From an uncultured bacterium (GTDB lineage: Bacteria > Patescibacteriota > JACMRA01): a DNA stretch of 64,000 nt. Under the pieces are notes generated by a model. It made no database searches. It saw only the letters and a list, made by a program, of their open reading frames with translations, and was not told where the DNA came from. The stretch lies in contig OY969926.1 in NCBI GenBank assembly GCA_963704645.1, positions 352,001 to 416,000 on the forward strand. The letters run 5' to 3'. The position numbers and the translations under genes are program-made. This document shows positions 49,807 to 59,575 of this stretch, piece by piece (within the stretch, counting starts at the first letter, position 1; each line of letters begins with the position of its first letter).

Positions 49807-49864
49807 GATTTGGAACATACAACAGATTTACTATTTAGTCCATTTTCACCAAGTTAGAAAAAAA

Positions 49865-50800
49865 ATGTTTACTTTTTCGGAAATTTTTAGAATTACAAAA
49901 GTTTTGCCAAGCTCTTTAAAATCTGAGTTAAAAGCCACTATTGATCCATTTTACTACTTAACTCAAAGCGGAAAGGGTTATAATAATTTGCTTGAAAAAT
50001 CTATAAATTTATATAGCCAACCAGAACTGATTTCAGTAAAAAAAACTGATTTTGGGCTTTCTAGTGGCTTATATAGTTTTACAAACAAAACTTATCAAAA
50101 ACCTGAAGAAAGTTACTATTTTTGGAATTTATTTCAGTCTACAAAAAATCTATCAAACATTTTAAAAATTCCTGGTGTGCGAAATATTTATGTGTTTGGA
50201 TCTAGTTTGCAAGGTTGTGCCACCCAAACCAGCGATGTTGATATTGCGGTGCAAACTTCAAGAAATATGGCTGTTGCAGTTAGAATTTTGGTTAAGTTGT
50301 ATTTAAAAATTATTAATAAGGACGTTTACACCTTTAGATTTGGAATGTTAAGGAAGTTTAATTTGCTGCTTTTTAAGCTTGGACTTGTTTCGCTAGAAAA
50401 ATACAAAGTTGCCTTAAATTCAGTTGATACAAAGGTTTGGGAATATAGACATAGAGCTGGTATTAAAATTGATGCTGGAATTTTTTTTGATGATATTGAA
50501 AACTTAAAGAAGGTATTCTATAAGCCCGTAGAACATTTATTTATGTATGATGTTCGTTTATTTAGTTATTATAAAAAAGGAAAAATTTCAATTCCAAGTT
50601 TGTTACCAATTCCAAAAGACGCTAAAATAATTGAACCAAGTTTAATAGATTATTTTTTCAATTTTGTTCTATATATTCCAAGTTCTATTTATGTTTTTTG
50701 GCAGAAAGGGCAAAGCTATAATCCAAATCACCAAGTCTCAAAAAATTGGTTAAATTTTGTACCCATAGGCCCAGAGCCAAAATATTTGGTTAAATTGTAG
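49865..50800 (+). CDS. Nucleotidyltransferase domain protein
   Basis: IPGVRNIYVFGS..SDVDIAV pol-beta NTase motif; ATG 49865. Confidence 0.7.
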   Translation: MFTFSEIFRITKVLPSSLKSELKATIDPFYYLTQSGKGYNNLLEKSINLYSQPELISVKKTDFGLSSGLYSFTNKTYQKPEESYYFWNLFQSTKNLSNILKIPGVRNIYVFGSSLQGCATQTSDVDIAVQTSRNMAVAVRILVKLYLKIINKDVYTFRFGMLRKFNLLLFKLGLVSLEKYKVALNSVDTKVWEYRHRAGIKIDAGIFFDDIENLKKVFYKPVEHLFMYDVRLFSYYKKGKISIPSLLPIPKDAKIIEPSLIDYFFNFVLYIPSSIYVFWQKGQSYNPNHQVSKNWLNFVPIGPEPKYLVKL

Positions 50801-50887
50801 CTAAGTTTAAATCCATTAAGACCCACTCCCAATTTATAAGAATGTTGACATTGTTTTAAGTGGGGCACATTTTTAATTATTAGGTTT

Positions 50888-52168
50888 ATGAATTTTAGTT
50901 TAACTTCTTGTGAAATTGGTCCCAACTTTCAGTTAGACGATGCTTTGATTGCACTAAGTTCTCCCTTTCTATTTTCATCAAATAAAACTGAATCTAAAGA
51001 TTTTGTAGTCAATTTTTTTGGCAATAAATACAACAATCATTTTAGGCCAAAATATTTTACGGCAGCAAGTAGAACTAGTTTATATTTACTTCTAAAATCT
51101 TTAAATTTACCTCCAAATTCCCAGGTGGCTCTGCAAGCCTTTTCTTGCGTAGTTGTGCCAAATGCAGTTTTGCAAGCTGGCTTAAAACCTTTAATTTTAG
51201 ATGTAAACTCAACAAATTATAATTTAGATCATAGAACTTTTGCAGCTGTATTTAACCCAAATGTGAAGGTTTTAATTATTCAACACACTTTTGGTTTGGC
51301 TGCAGATTGGACTGAAATTGTAAATTTTTGCAACCAGAACAATGTTATAATTATTGAGGATTGTGCTCATGCTTTAGGCACATATGTAAATATTAATAAT
51401 AAAATGGTGGAAGTTGGAAATATAGGGCAGGCTTGTTTTTTTAGTTTCGGTCGGGATAAAATTATTTCTTGTACTAGCGGGGGTGTGGCTTTAATTAAAG
51501 AAGAATATAAACAGTGGAATGATGAAATGGAAAAAAACTATGCTAAATTAGAACAAACAAACTGGTTAGAGAGTATCCGTTTACTGGTTTATATTTGGAG
51601 TACAACTTTGTTAATTCGGCCTTTCTACGGTTTATTTGGAAAAGCATTGTTCAAATTTATGGCCAATCTTCAGTTTTTAGGAGATGTCTATACTTTAGAA
51701 GAAAAAGAAGGGACTAGCAAAATTATTAATGCTAAAACTTTGCATCCAAATTTGTTCCCTGTATTGGCTAACCAGATTTCTAAACTAGAAAATTTTAATT
51801 TACACCGCAAAGAAATAGCTAAAATTTATTCCAATAAATTAGGTATAAAATATGTGGAAGGTTCGGTATTTCTACGCTTTCCTGTTCGGGTAAATTCTGA
51901 AGAATACAATCAAATAAAGCAGGCTTTAAAAACTAAAAATATTTTACTAGGACAGTGGTATCTTTCTCCATTTATTCCATTACAAACCAAAGCAGATAAG
52001 AATTTAGATAAGTTTTTTTATTCAGCTGGTAATTGCCCTGTGGTAGAAAGTTTAATTCAAGAAAAAGTATTGAATCTTCCAACTAACCCTAATACTTCTT
52101 TTAAAACTGCACTAGAAATTGCAGAAAAATTTACTACAATACGTCTTAAATTTGACAAAGCTGAATGA
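50888..52168 (+). CDS. DegT/DnrJ/EryC1/StrS family aminotransferase
   Basis: QHTFG, IEDCAHALG, FSFGRDK (PLP Lys), LNLPT. Confidence 0.9.
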   Translation: MNFSLTSCEIGPNFQLDDALIALSSPFLFSSNKTESKDFVVNFFGNKYNNHFRPKYFTAASRTSLYLLLKSLNLPPNSQVALQAFSCVVVPNAVLQAGLKPLILDVNSTNYNLDHRTFAAVFNPNVKVLIIQHTFGLAADWTEIVNFCNQNNVIIIEDCAHALGTYVNINNKMVEVGNIGQACFFSFGRDKIISCTSGGVALIKEEYKQWNDEMEKNYAKLEQTNWLESIRLLVYIWSTTLLIRPFYGLFGKALFKFMANLQFLGDVYTLEEKEGTSKIINAKTLHPNLFPVLANQISKLENFNLHRKEIAKIYSNKLGIKYVEGSVFLRFPVRVNSEEYNQIKQALKTKNILLGQWYLSPFIPLQTKADKNLDKFFYSAGNCPVVESLIQEKVLNLPTNPNTSFKTALEIAEKFTTIRLKFDKAE

Positions 52169-52187
52169 CACAGCCTTGATTGTTCTT

Positions 52188-52275
52188 GGAAGTGTCGCCT
52201 AGAGGTCTATGGCGGCGGTCTTGAAAACCGCTTGAGTGCAAGCTCTCGTGGGTTCGAATCCCACCACTTCCGCCA
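52188..52275 (+). tRNA. tRNA-Ser(TGA)
   Basis: GGAAGTG/CACTTCC acceptor, G discriminator, GCGGT-CTTGAAA-ACCGC, long variable arm, CCA. Confidence 0.95.
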
Positions 52276-52314
52276 CAATTAAATTGTATACATAAAATAA
52301 GCTTCTCATAAAAT

Positions 52315-52623
52315 ATGTCTGAAAACCAGTTAAAATTTAATTCTAAAGCATTTTGGTTAAAGAATAAAAATTTAGGAGTAGCAATTGTAGTTGCCATATT
52401 GGCTATTTTAATTGTTGGCGGGTTAATAGTGTTTAATGTTTTCAAGCCGAAAGAAGCCACTAAGGAAACAGTAAAACAATCTGAAACACAAACACAAAAC
52501 ACCAGTACAAATCAAACTTCAAACATCAAAGATCAAGATCAGCCCGCTACGGCTGACCCAGCTAATCAAGACAAACCAGTAAACCCAGTTCCACCGGTAA
52601 GCACAAATTTACCAATTAGGTAA
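52315..52623 (+). CDS. Small membrane-anchored protein
   Basis: Single TM followed by a T/Q/N/P-rich tail. Confidence 0.6.
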   Translation: MSENQLKFNSKAFWLKNKNLGVAIVVAILAILIVGGLIVFNVFKPKEATKETVKQSETQTQNTSTNQTSNIKDQDQPATADPANQDKPVNPVPPVSTNLPIR

Positions 52624-52643
52624 TTACTGGCATTTATGGAAAT

Positions 52644-53423
52644 ATGGCATTTACTTACAATATTAGCATTGCTTGTTTAGTTACCAACGATAAATTTAAA
52701 TGGGAAGAATTGCTATGCCAGAATTGGCAAAATGAGCAAATTATTATTGCCCTAACTAACCCAATTTTTAACTTGGGAAATTTATCTAAATTGCCAAATT
52801 GCGTTGTAGTAACTGGTTCAAACGAAGAATTAGAAAATTTAATTTTAGAAAAAGTGCAGGGGGAATATTTGGTTTTTATCAACCCGCAAGAAAGTATTCA
52901 AAAAACTTTTGTAGAAGATTTAAGAACTTGGTTAACAGCAAATTATTCGGCTGATAAATTACTATACGGTTTAGGTTTTGTATACAGAAACAAGGCCACA
53001 ATTTTTAGTTCCGAGGCTTTACCATTGCTATCTAAACCAATTGCCATTGAAAATATTTTAAATAATTTTGCCTACTTATTACCATGGGTAAAATATGTTT
53101 GGAAGGTAAGTTTAATTAAAGATTGGAGTTTGAAATTTGATTCCTCAATATCATCTTGGATGATAAAACAAGCGGTGTTTAACCTAGACTACATTTCTAG
53201 TTTATATAAAGTAAATGGATACGTTCAGTTAAAATCTGCGTCTATTCCTTTTGCCTGCATTTCAGGTTTTGACCCAGCTACACCATTTTTAAAAACCCAA
53301 GTTCTAGAAGAAAAAATTGAAGACAAGAGTGAAATTTGGCTAGCCAACCCTTTTAGCAAAGTAGCCCTAAAATACCGTTGGTTGAAGTTTAAAAAGGGTA
53401 AGGTTTACAATAATATTTATTAA
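52644..53423 (+). CDS. Hypothetical protein, degenerate GT2-like
   Basis: NISIACLVTN and VQGEYLVFINPQE echo the GT2 ISIIIPVYN and KGEYLxFLDxDD motifs without the DxD. Confidence 0.45.
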   Translation: MAFTYNISIACLVTNDKFKWEELLCQNWQNEQIIIALTNPIFNLGNLSKLPNCVVVTGSNEELENLILEKVQGEYLVFINPQESIQKTFVEDLRTWLTANYSADKLLYGLGFVYRNKATIFSSEALPLLSKPIAIENILNNFAYLLPWVKYVWKVSLIKDWSLKFDSSISSWMIKQAVFNLDYISSLYKVNGYVQLKSASIPFACISGFDPATPFLKTQVLEEKIEDKSEIWLANPFSKVALKYRWLKFKKGKVYNNIY

Positions 53424-53443
53424 ATTTATAAAATAACTAAATT

Positions 53444-55144
53444 ATGAGCGAATTATTAGAAAGTCACCGAGTAAGTTTAGATGAAATACTTGGAAACGGT
53501 AAAATTTATAAGATACCAGATTTCCAACGGGACTATTCTTGGAGTAAAGAAAACTGGGAAGATTTGTGGTTCGATATGGTGGAGCTTTTAGACCAAAAAA
53601 GTGCACATTACATGGGTAGTATAGTACTACAAAATACATTGGAAGAAAAAAAATATTTGGTTGTAGATGGACAACAAAGGCTTACCACCCTATCTATTTT
53701 CATACTATCCGTAATCAACTTTCTGAAAAATTTAGCTGAAAAAGGCATAGAAGCTGAAAAAAATGAGGCAAGGGTTGAGGTTTTAAAAAATAAATATATA
53801 GGTACAAAGCCTGCCACCACTCTATTTTACACTACTAAATTAGAGCTAAATAAAAATAATGATAATTTCTATAAACAATATCTAACTGAATTTAAACCGC
53901 CTATTAATATAAATAAACTTAAGAGCTCTGAAAAACTACTATACGATGCTTACTATTATTTTGTTGATAAATTAAATATAGAATTTAAAGATGATAATGG
54001 AACTAAAGTAACCAATTTCTTAGAAAATATTATAGCGAATAAATTATACTTAATACAAATCATAGTAGATGATGATTTAAGTGCGTACACAGTGTTTGAA
54101 ACTTTGAATGCAAGAGGAGTAGATCTTACAACAACCGATTTATTAAAAAATTACCTGTTTTCATTGGCAAGTAAAGACGGATCAGATATTCAGATTTTGC
54201 AAAATAGTTGGACAGAAATAGTTGATTCTGTTGGATTCAAAGATTTTCCTAATTTTTTAAGATATTATATAAATAGTAAAAAGAGCCTAGTACGGCACAA
54301 TAGATTATATAAAGAGTTAAAAAGTGAAATAACTAACTCATCAAAAGTTTTTGAGCTAATTGAAGAATTGAAAAAATTTGTGTACCTATATATTGCAATT
54401 AAAAACCCTTCTGACGAGTTTTGGAATGGACATCCTAAGCATCAACTGATTAGAAAATATTTGGAAGAGATGAATATTTTTGGAGTAACTCAACCAATTC
54501 CAGTTTTGTTTGCTGTTCATAGCTATTTACCAGAACTATTTTCTGATGCTTTAATAATACTTTCAGTTATATCTTTTAGGTATAATATTATTGGTAAATT
54601 AAACCCAAATGAACTGGAAAAAGTATATAACAATTTAGCAAAAAAAATTAGTAATAAAGAAGTAATTAATAAAAAACAAATTTTGGAACACTTACGCTCA
54701 ATTTATATTAATGATGATGAGTTTGAAAACACTTTTTCAACAAAATCTATTTCTACCAAAGTAGCAAAAAAAATTGTAAAATATATCTTAGTAAAGTTAG
54801 AAAATCAAATATCAAATATTGAACACAACTATGAAAATTCTGAGATTACCATTGAACATATTCTGCCAGAAAATTATACTAATGATTGGACTAATTCGTT
54901 TAGCACAGATATAGATTCATATTTATATCGGTTGGGGAATTATACTCTTTTAAATGATGGAGATAATAGAAAAGCTGGTGTTCACGTTTTTGAAAAGAAA
55001 GCAGAAATATACAAGTTATCAGGATTTAAACTTTCAAGTGATAAAATAAACTATGATAGTTGGAATTCTGGAAACTTAAACACAAGACAAAGGGCTTTGG
55101 CAAAAATAGCTAAAACGGTTTGGAAAGTCGATTTTGAAACATAG
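53444..55144 (+). CDS. DUF262-DUF1524 (GmrSD-like) protein
   Basis: IPDFQRDYSW, VVDGQQRLTT, FETLNARG, TIEHILPE, LGNYTLL..N (HNH-like). Confidence 0.92.
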   Translation: MSELLESHRVSLDEILGNGKIYKIPDFQRDYSWSKENWEDLWFDMVELLDQKSAHYMGSIVLQNTLEEKKYLVVDGQQRLTTLSIFILSVINFLKNLAEKGIEAEKNEARVEVLKNKYIGTKPATTLFYTTKLELNKNNDNFYKQYLTEFKPPININKLKSSEKLLYDAYYYFVDKLNIEFKDDNGTKVTNFLENIIANKLYLIQIIVDDDLSAYTVFETLNARGVDLTTTDLLKNYLFSLASKDGSDIQILQNSWTEIVDSVGFKDFPNFLRYYINSKKSLVRHNRLYKELKSEITNSSKVFELIEELKKFVYLYIAIKNPSDEFWNGHPKHQLIRKYLEEMNIFGVTQPIPVLFAVHSYLPELFSDALIILSVISFRYNIIGKLNPNELEKVYNNLAKKISNKEVINKKQILEHLRSIYINDDEFENTFSTKSISTKVAKKIVKYILVKLENQISNIEHNYENSEITIEHILPENYTNDWTNSFSTDIDSYLYRLGNYTLLNDGDNRKAGVHVFEKKAEIYKLSGFKLSSDKINYDSWNSGNLNTRQRALAKIAKTVWKVDFET

Positions 55145-55188
55145 ACATTAATTTTGACAAAAAGGGTTGGGGTAACTTTCCTTAAAGC

Positions 55189-56010
55189 ATGATTCAAAAA
55201 AAGCTAAGGCAATTTTTTAAAAACAATTTATCGGCTATTTTATTTTTTGGTTTAATAATATTTGGGGTTGCTTCCTTTAGTATAAAAAATTCTCAGGAAT
55301 CTAACTATGCTAGAGAAATTATAGATTATGCCGAAAGTTCTGTGCCAACTTTACGTACTAAGTTTGCCGAAATAGTTGAGGTAAGCGAAAACCGTAATAA
55401 CGATGATGAAACTTACACTGAAGTTTTTAATAAGTTAGACGATTACCAAAAAATGGTGACAGATTTAGCAGCTAAAGTACCAAGTAAAAGCGGCGATGCG
55501 GATACTAGAAAACTTGAACAGGCTTTGAAAGACTTTGTTTTAAGAGTAAATGACGAAAATATAAAAACATTGCAAACCGAGTACAAACTTCGCCAAGAAA
55601 TTAGGCAAGATCAAAATAATTACGCCGATATAAAAACTGTTATTAATACTGATGGTTCTAAAAAAGAAGATTTAGAAAAAAGCTATAATTCAGGTTTAAA
55701 AGTTTTAGAATTTAACAGGAAAATAGAAAAAAATGGAACTAATTTGCAGGAGCAAGCTTCAGCTAAATCTAACAACGATTCTCTGGAATCTAGTTTAAGT
55801 AAGGTAAAACAAGTCTTGGGTAATTCCGCCGATACTTTAAGTGGAAATGACAAACAAGCAGTTTCTCAAATTTACGCCGATGGCTGGCCTGTAAAACCTT
55901 TGGTATTTTCTAGTATAAGCCAATCAGATTTAGAAAACGACGATTTTGTTGGAAACATTAAGCAGCTTCAGCAATTTGTAAAAGCAATTCGTCAAAAATT
56001 TAATTTATAA
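55189..56010 (+). CDS. Hypothetical membrane-anchored helical protein
   Basis: N-terminal TM; TAATG coupling to the next gene. Confidence 0.6.
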   Translation: MIQKKLRQFFKNNLSAILFFGLIIFGVASFSIKNSQESNYAREIIDYAESSVPTLRTKFAEIVEVSENRNNDDETYTEVFNKLDDYQKMVTDLAAKVPSKSGDADTRKLEQALKDFVLRVNDENIKTLQTEYKLRQEIRQDQNNYADIKTVINTDGSKKEDLEKSYNSGLKVLEFNRKIEKNGTNLQEQASAKSNNDSLESSLSKVKQVLGNSADTLSGNDKQAVSQIYADGWPVKPLVFSSISQSDLENDDFVGNIKQLQQFVKAIRQKFNL

Positions 56011-57020
56011 TGAGTGAATACTTTACTAACTCAAAACAAAATAAGTTTAAAGTTTTAGCCCCGGCTAGAGCTAATTTCAACTATGTTCGGCTAAACACGA
56101 ATAGGTTAAGTTTTCTACCCTCTCTGTTCATTTCATTTCTTAGTTTGGTGGCCGTCGTTTGGTTATTTATTTATTTTAACCCAATAGGATTGTTTACCAG
56201 AAACCCACAAATTGCTGGTGTGGAAGAAAAAATTTCGCTAGATCAATCTGATCTAAAATTAGATAATGCTAGTGAGATTAATAACCAACCTTCTTCCTTA
56301 GACAAATCTGTTTTAATAACCAAAGGGTCCTCTTCTTGCAAGCTAAATTACCCTATTAATTTTAATTTACCAGTTACAGCTTTAATTAAAAAAGATAAAC
56401 AAAGTTGGTGGCTTCCAGCAATAGATAATTGTTCTGATTCTAATATACAAGCGGTTCAAATAGTTCAACTAAGTAATGAAGAAGGCTTGCAAGTAAAAGT
56501 TGGTTTGAACCCGTCTAATATATTTTTAATTTCGGCTAAAGATAACATTTACGCACTAGTTTACACTAAAGATAAGCAAATTTCAAGTTATAATTTTTCG
56601 GAATTTGGGGAAAATTTGCTAGAACCTACTTTTGCTTCTTCTAAAACTTTTGATGCTTTAAAAATGTACGATACTAAAATTGTAGACAATTGGTCTTACC
56701 AGTTAAGTGTTGGTTGCCAAGCTAAAAGTGTTGAAGATAATTGTATTATTTGGAAACAAAATCAATATTCTGGAGTAGTTTATAAATTAAAGCCAGATTT
56801 ATACTTAGATCTTCAAAATTTAAGTTTGCCTTACAATAAAGAAAAAAGCTATTTAAAATTTGCAAAAAAACAGGACTCTAATTCTGATATTAATTTAATT
56901 TTTGGTAATCTTGAAGATTCAGATTATTTTCTAATTAAGCTGGGTGTAAAAAGCAACTCTATTTCTTCAGCTTCAAAATATAGTTTATCTGACCCAGACT
57001 ATAATTCGTATTTTAGGTAA
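56010..57020 (+). CDS. Hypothetical membrane-anchored protein
   Basis: Single TM then PQIAGV; translationally coupled to the previous gene. Confidence 0.6.
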   Translation: MSEYFTNSKQNKFKVLAPARANFNYVRLNTNRLSFLPSLFISFLSLVAVVWLFIYFNPIGLFTRNPQIAGVEEKISLDQSDLKLDNASEINNQPSSLDKSVLITKGSSSCKLNYPINFNLPVTALIKKDKQSWWLPAIDNCSDSNIQAVQIVQLSNEEGLQVKVGLNPSNIFLISAKDNIYALVYTKDKQISSYNFSEFGENLLEPTFASSKTFDALKMYDTKIVDNWSYQLSVGCQAKSVEDNCIIWKQNQYSGVVYKLKPDLYLDLQNLSLPYNKEKSYLKFAKKQDSNSDINLIFGNLEDSDYFLIKLGVKSNSISSASKYSLSDPDYNSYFR

Positions 57021-57041
57021 CAATCCCCGTAGCGGCGAAGT

Positions 57042-58316
57042 TTACGAGCCATTATTCTGAGTGGCTAATTCTTTCTTAAGCAACCAATTCAAAACAAAGG
57101 CCTTAATAATTAAATCGAATAAATAGGAAATAATTGTGGCTATTACAGCTCCGTTAAGGCCAAAATTTGGAATTAAGATAATGTAAAGTATAACTGCTAA
57201 AGTTGCAGTTAAAGCCGTGGTAATTAAGTCGTATTTTTCCTTGCCCAAAAAAATTGTTGTATCTTTAAAAATTAACATTGGGCAAATAAATACTAAACTA
57301 ATTCCCAGTAATGGTAATATTTGAGCTGTTTGATTATATTTGTTTTGTGAATCAATTAACCATATTGCAAGCCACCCAAAAAGTGCTATTCCTATGCTTA
57401 AAATAACACCTAAACCTAAAGCAAAACCTGCAAATCTAAACAATATTTTTTGTTTCTCTTTGGAATCTTTTTCAACTACAATTTGCTTAGTAACCAAGCT
57501 GGAAATTGCAGGCATAACTAAACCTGGAACCACTTGGGCAATTTCGAAAAGCTTATAGGCATTGGAATAACTGTTAATTGAATTATCTGAAAATTTAAAA
57601 TAAGCCAAAAATAGTTTGTCTGTGGTTAGGTAAATTGCAATAGCCAAATTAGCCAAAGCCAAATACACCAAACCCTTAGAATTTTTTTGAAGTGTTTTAA
57701 AATTAAACTTACCAAAATGGGTAAATTTTCTCTGCCAAAAAGCATCTATTACAAGGGAAATACTGTAAGCTATAATGCTTAAAATTATAAAGTAATACAA
57801 AGGTGCAAGACCAAAATACAAAACTATATTTCCTAAAATCAAACCACAAACTAAAATAAATTTTCCTAAAAAATCGGTAACACTAAATTGCCAAGTTCGC
57901 CCTACAGCCTGACAAATTGACCTATAATTTAAGTCGGCTACTAAAATAAATTGGGCTGTAAATAAACTTAAAATTAAACCAAGATCTTGAGTTTGGGAAA
58001 TTGGATAGGTAAAACAAATTAAAACTACTGCTAAAAAATAACTTACTACCCTTAAAATTGTTATTGTTGTCCAAACATCACTATTTTCCTTTGCATTTTG
58101 GTTGTGAGTATAAATTTTTTGAAGGGTTTGCGGAATTCCAAAATCAATCAAAACCAATAAAACAGCATTATAAGCAAGTATTAAATTATAGTTTCTATAG
58201 TCCGAAACAGACAAAACTTCTACCAACCAGCGGGTTGTAAAAAAGCCAAGCCCAATGGCTAAAAATTTAATTACAACTTGCCAAATAAGGCCACTAGAAA
58301 ACTGCTTGGTAAACAT
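57042..58316 (-). CDS. Polysaccharide flippase (Wzx/MOP family)
   Basis: About 12 TM; IDFG, TDKLFL, YSNAYK, LIPNFGLNGAVIAT. Confidence 0.85.
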   Translation of the reverse strand: MFTKQFSSGLIWQVVIKFLAIGLGFFTTRWLVEVLSVSDYRNYNLILAYNAVLLVLIDFGIPQTLQKIYTHNQNAKENSDVWTTITILRVVSYFLAVVLICFTYPISQTQDLGLILSLFTAQFILVADLNYRSICQAVGRTWQFSVTDFLGKFILVCGLILGNIVLYFGLAPLYYFIILSIIAYSISLVIDAFWQRKFTHFGKFNFKTLQKNSKGLVYLALANLAIAIYLTTDKLFLAYFKFSDNSINSYSNAYKLFEIAQVVPGLVMPAISSLVTKQIVVEKDSKEKQKILFRFAGFALGLGVILSIGIALFGWLAIWLIDSQNKYNQTAQILPLLGISLVFICPMLIFKDTTIFLGKEKYDLITTALTATLAVILYIILIPNFGLNGAVIATIISYLFDLIIKAFVLNWLLKKELATQNNGS

Positions 58317-58521
58317 TTATTTAGAGTTGTTTAGGGTAGGGTAAATGTCAAAATCAAATTTACTGCTAAGTACTACTGAGTAAGAGCACAGCAAGTATTT
58401 TTGTTTAATTACGTGAAACGTTTCGCCAATAATCGTATTCTAAAAACTTGTCATCATACAAATTTTATGAACCTAGTTTCAGTAGGGTAATAACCAATTT
58501 CTACCCTACAAAAAATAACCA

Positions 58522-58944
58522 ATGAAACTTGATGAATATTTGCGTAAAATTTTATTCATTTTAACTGTAGACGAAGCTGAGGAATTATTGCCTTATTTGC
58601 TGAAAGTTAAAGATTTGAATATGTCGGAAGTTAAAGTCTTTATTGTGAAAGATTCTGTTTTCGATAATAAAACTGAAGCAGATATTAGGATTGCAATTTT
58701 TAATTTATATAAGCTGAGTATAGTTGTTACAAATAGTTTAGGAGGTTTTCTAACTGGGTTTGTGTTTAGATCTGACTCTGATCTTAGGAGTTGCGATCGG
58801 CCTATCAAATTATTTTTTATAGGCAATATTAAACCTCAGGGTTGTAGCCCAGAGCACTATTTAGGTTCTGTAGGATGTTTTGTTTCAAAGTTGCAGTCAG
58901 GTAATTATACACAGCTTAAATCAATCTTTTCTGACAAAGTTTAG
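58522..58944 (+). CDS. Hypothetical protein, paralog of 59115-59507
   Basis: Shared LFILT.DE, IR.AIF, NSL, C..Y.G.VG.F..LQ. Confidence 0.65.
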   Translation: MKLDEYLRKILFILTVDEAEELLPYLLKVKDLNMSEVKVFIVKDSVFDNKTEADIRIAIFNLYKLSIVVTNSLGGFLTGFVFRSDSDLRSCDRPIKLFFIGNIKPQGCSPEHYLGSVGCFVSKLQSGNYTQLKSIFSDKV

Positions 58945-59114
58945 TTCGCTGTAAAAATATTCACCATCCCATTTAGAAATAAGTGGGTTTTTAATTGTGC
59001 TTGCCTTTTTTCTTGAAAACAGTTGTAAATAAACTATTTAAATGCTTGCCATTTAACCAAAATTGTGAGTCTACATTTAAAGTAGGTAGTATCTAGTTTT
59101 CGGAAAAGTGAAGT

Positions 59115-59507
59115 ATGATTGATTCTTATTTTACTGAATCTTTGTTTATTTTAACTCCAGATGAAGTCAAAAGGCTGTTTGGATCGGTCGAACACTTAGC
59201 TTCCACAGATATTAAAATATTTGAAGTTAATAGTGTAGTCTCTAATGATCAGATTAGGTGTGCAATTTTTGGAGCTAAAAGTCTTAAATTTATTGTGGTA
59301 AATAGCTTGGATGAAAGAATTCATAGTTTTCCTAAAAGAAGTACAAGTAATCTGAAATTAGTTTCAATAGCTGATGTTGTGCCTCGTTGGTGTAATGATA
59401 AGTACTATTTTGGCCCAGTTGGAAACTTTATTTTTCAGTTGCAGCAAATGGATGAGAAAAAGTTAAAAGCACTTTTTGTTGATGCAAATAATCATTTACC
59501 TGTTTAG
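59115..59507 (+). CDS. Hypothetical protein, paralog of 58522-58944
   Basis: Same motifs; both genes are followed by a similar TTTAGAAATAA-containing hairpin and T-run. Confidence 0.65.
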   Translation: MIDSYFTESLFILTPDEVKRLFGSVEHLASTDIKIFEVNSVVSNDQIRCAIFGAKSLKFIVVNSLDERIHSFPKRSTSNLKLVSIADVVPRWCNDKYYFGPVGNFIFQLQQMDEKKLKALFVDANNHLPV

Positions 59508-59575
59508 AAATAAACGGGGTTTTTTATTAGTAAAATCTTTTGACACTTTTTTGTATCCAATCTAATGTTAGACAA

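Noticed and set aside
52146-52502. 118-aa minus-strand ORF
   Set aside because: Runs antisense through tRNA-Ser and the 52315 gene; GGSGGIRTH is typical tRNA antisense translation
52188-57020. Integrated island at tRNA-Ser carrying the GmrSD-like gene
   Set aside because: No integrase and no duplicated tRNA 3' end seen
58945-59575. Gly-rich leader or attenuator for glyQS
   Set aside because: No Gly-codon run found; a -35 box sits 36 nt before the ATG, leaving no leader
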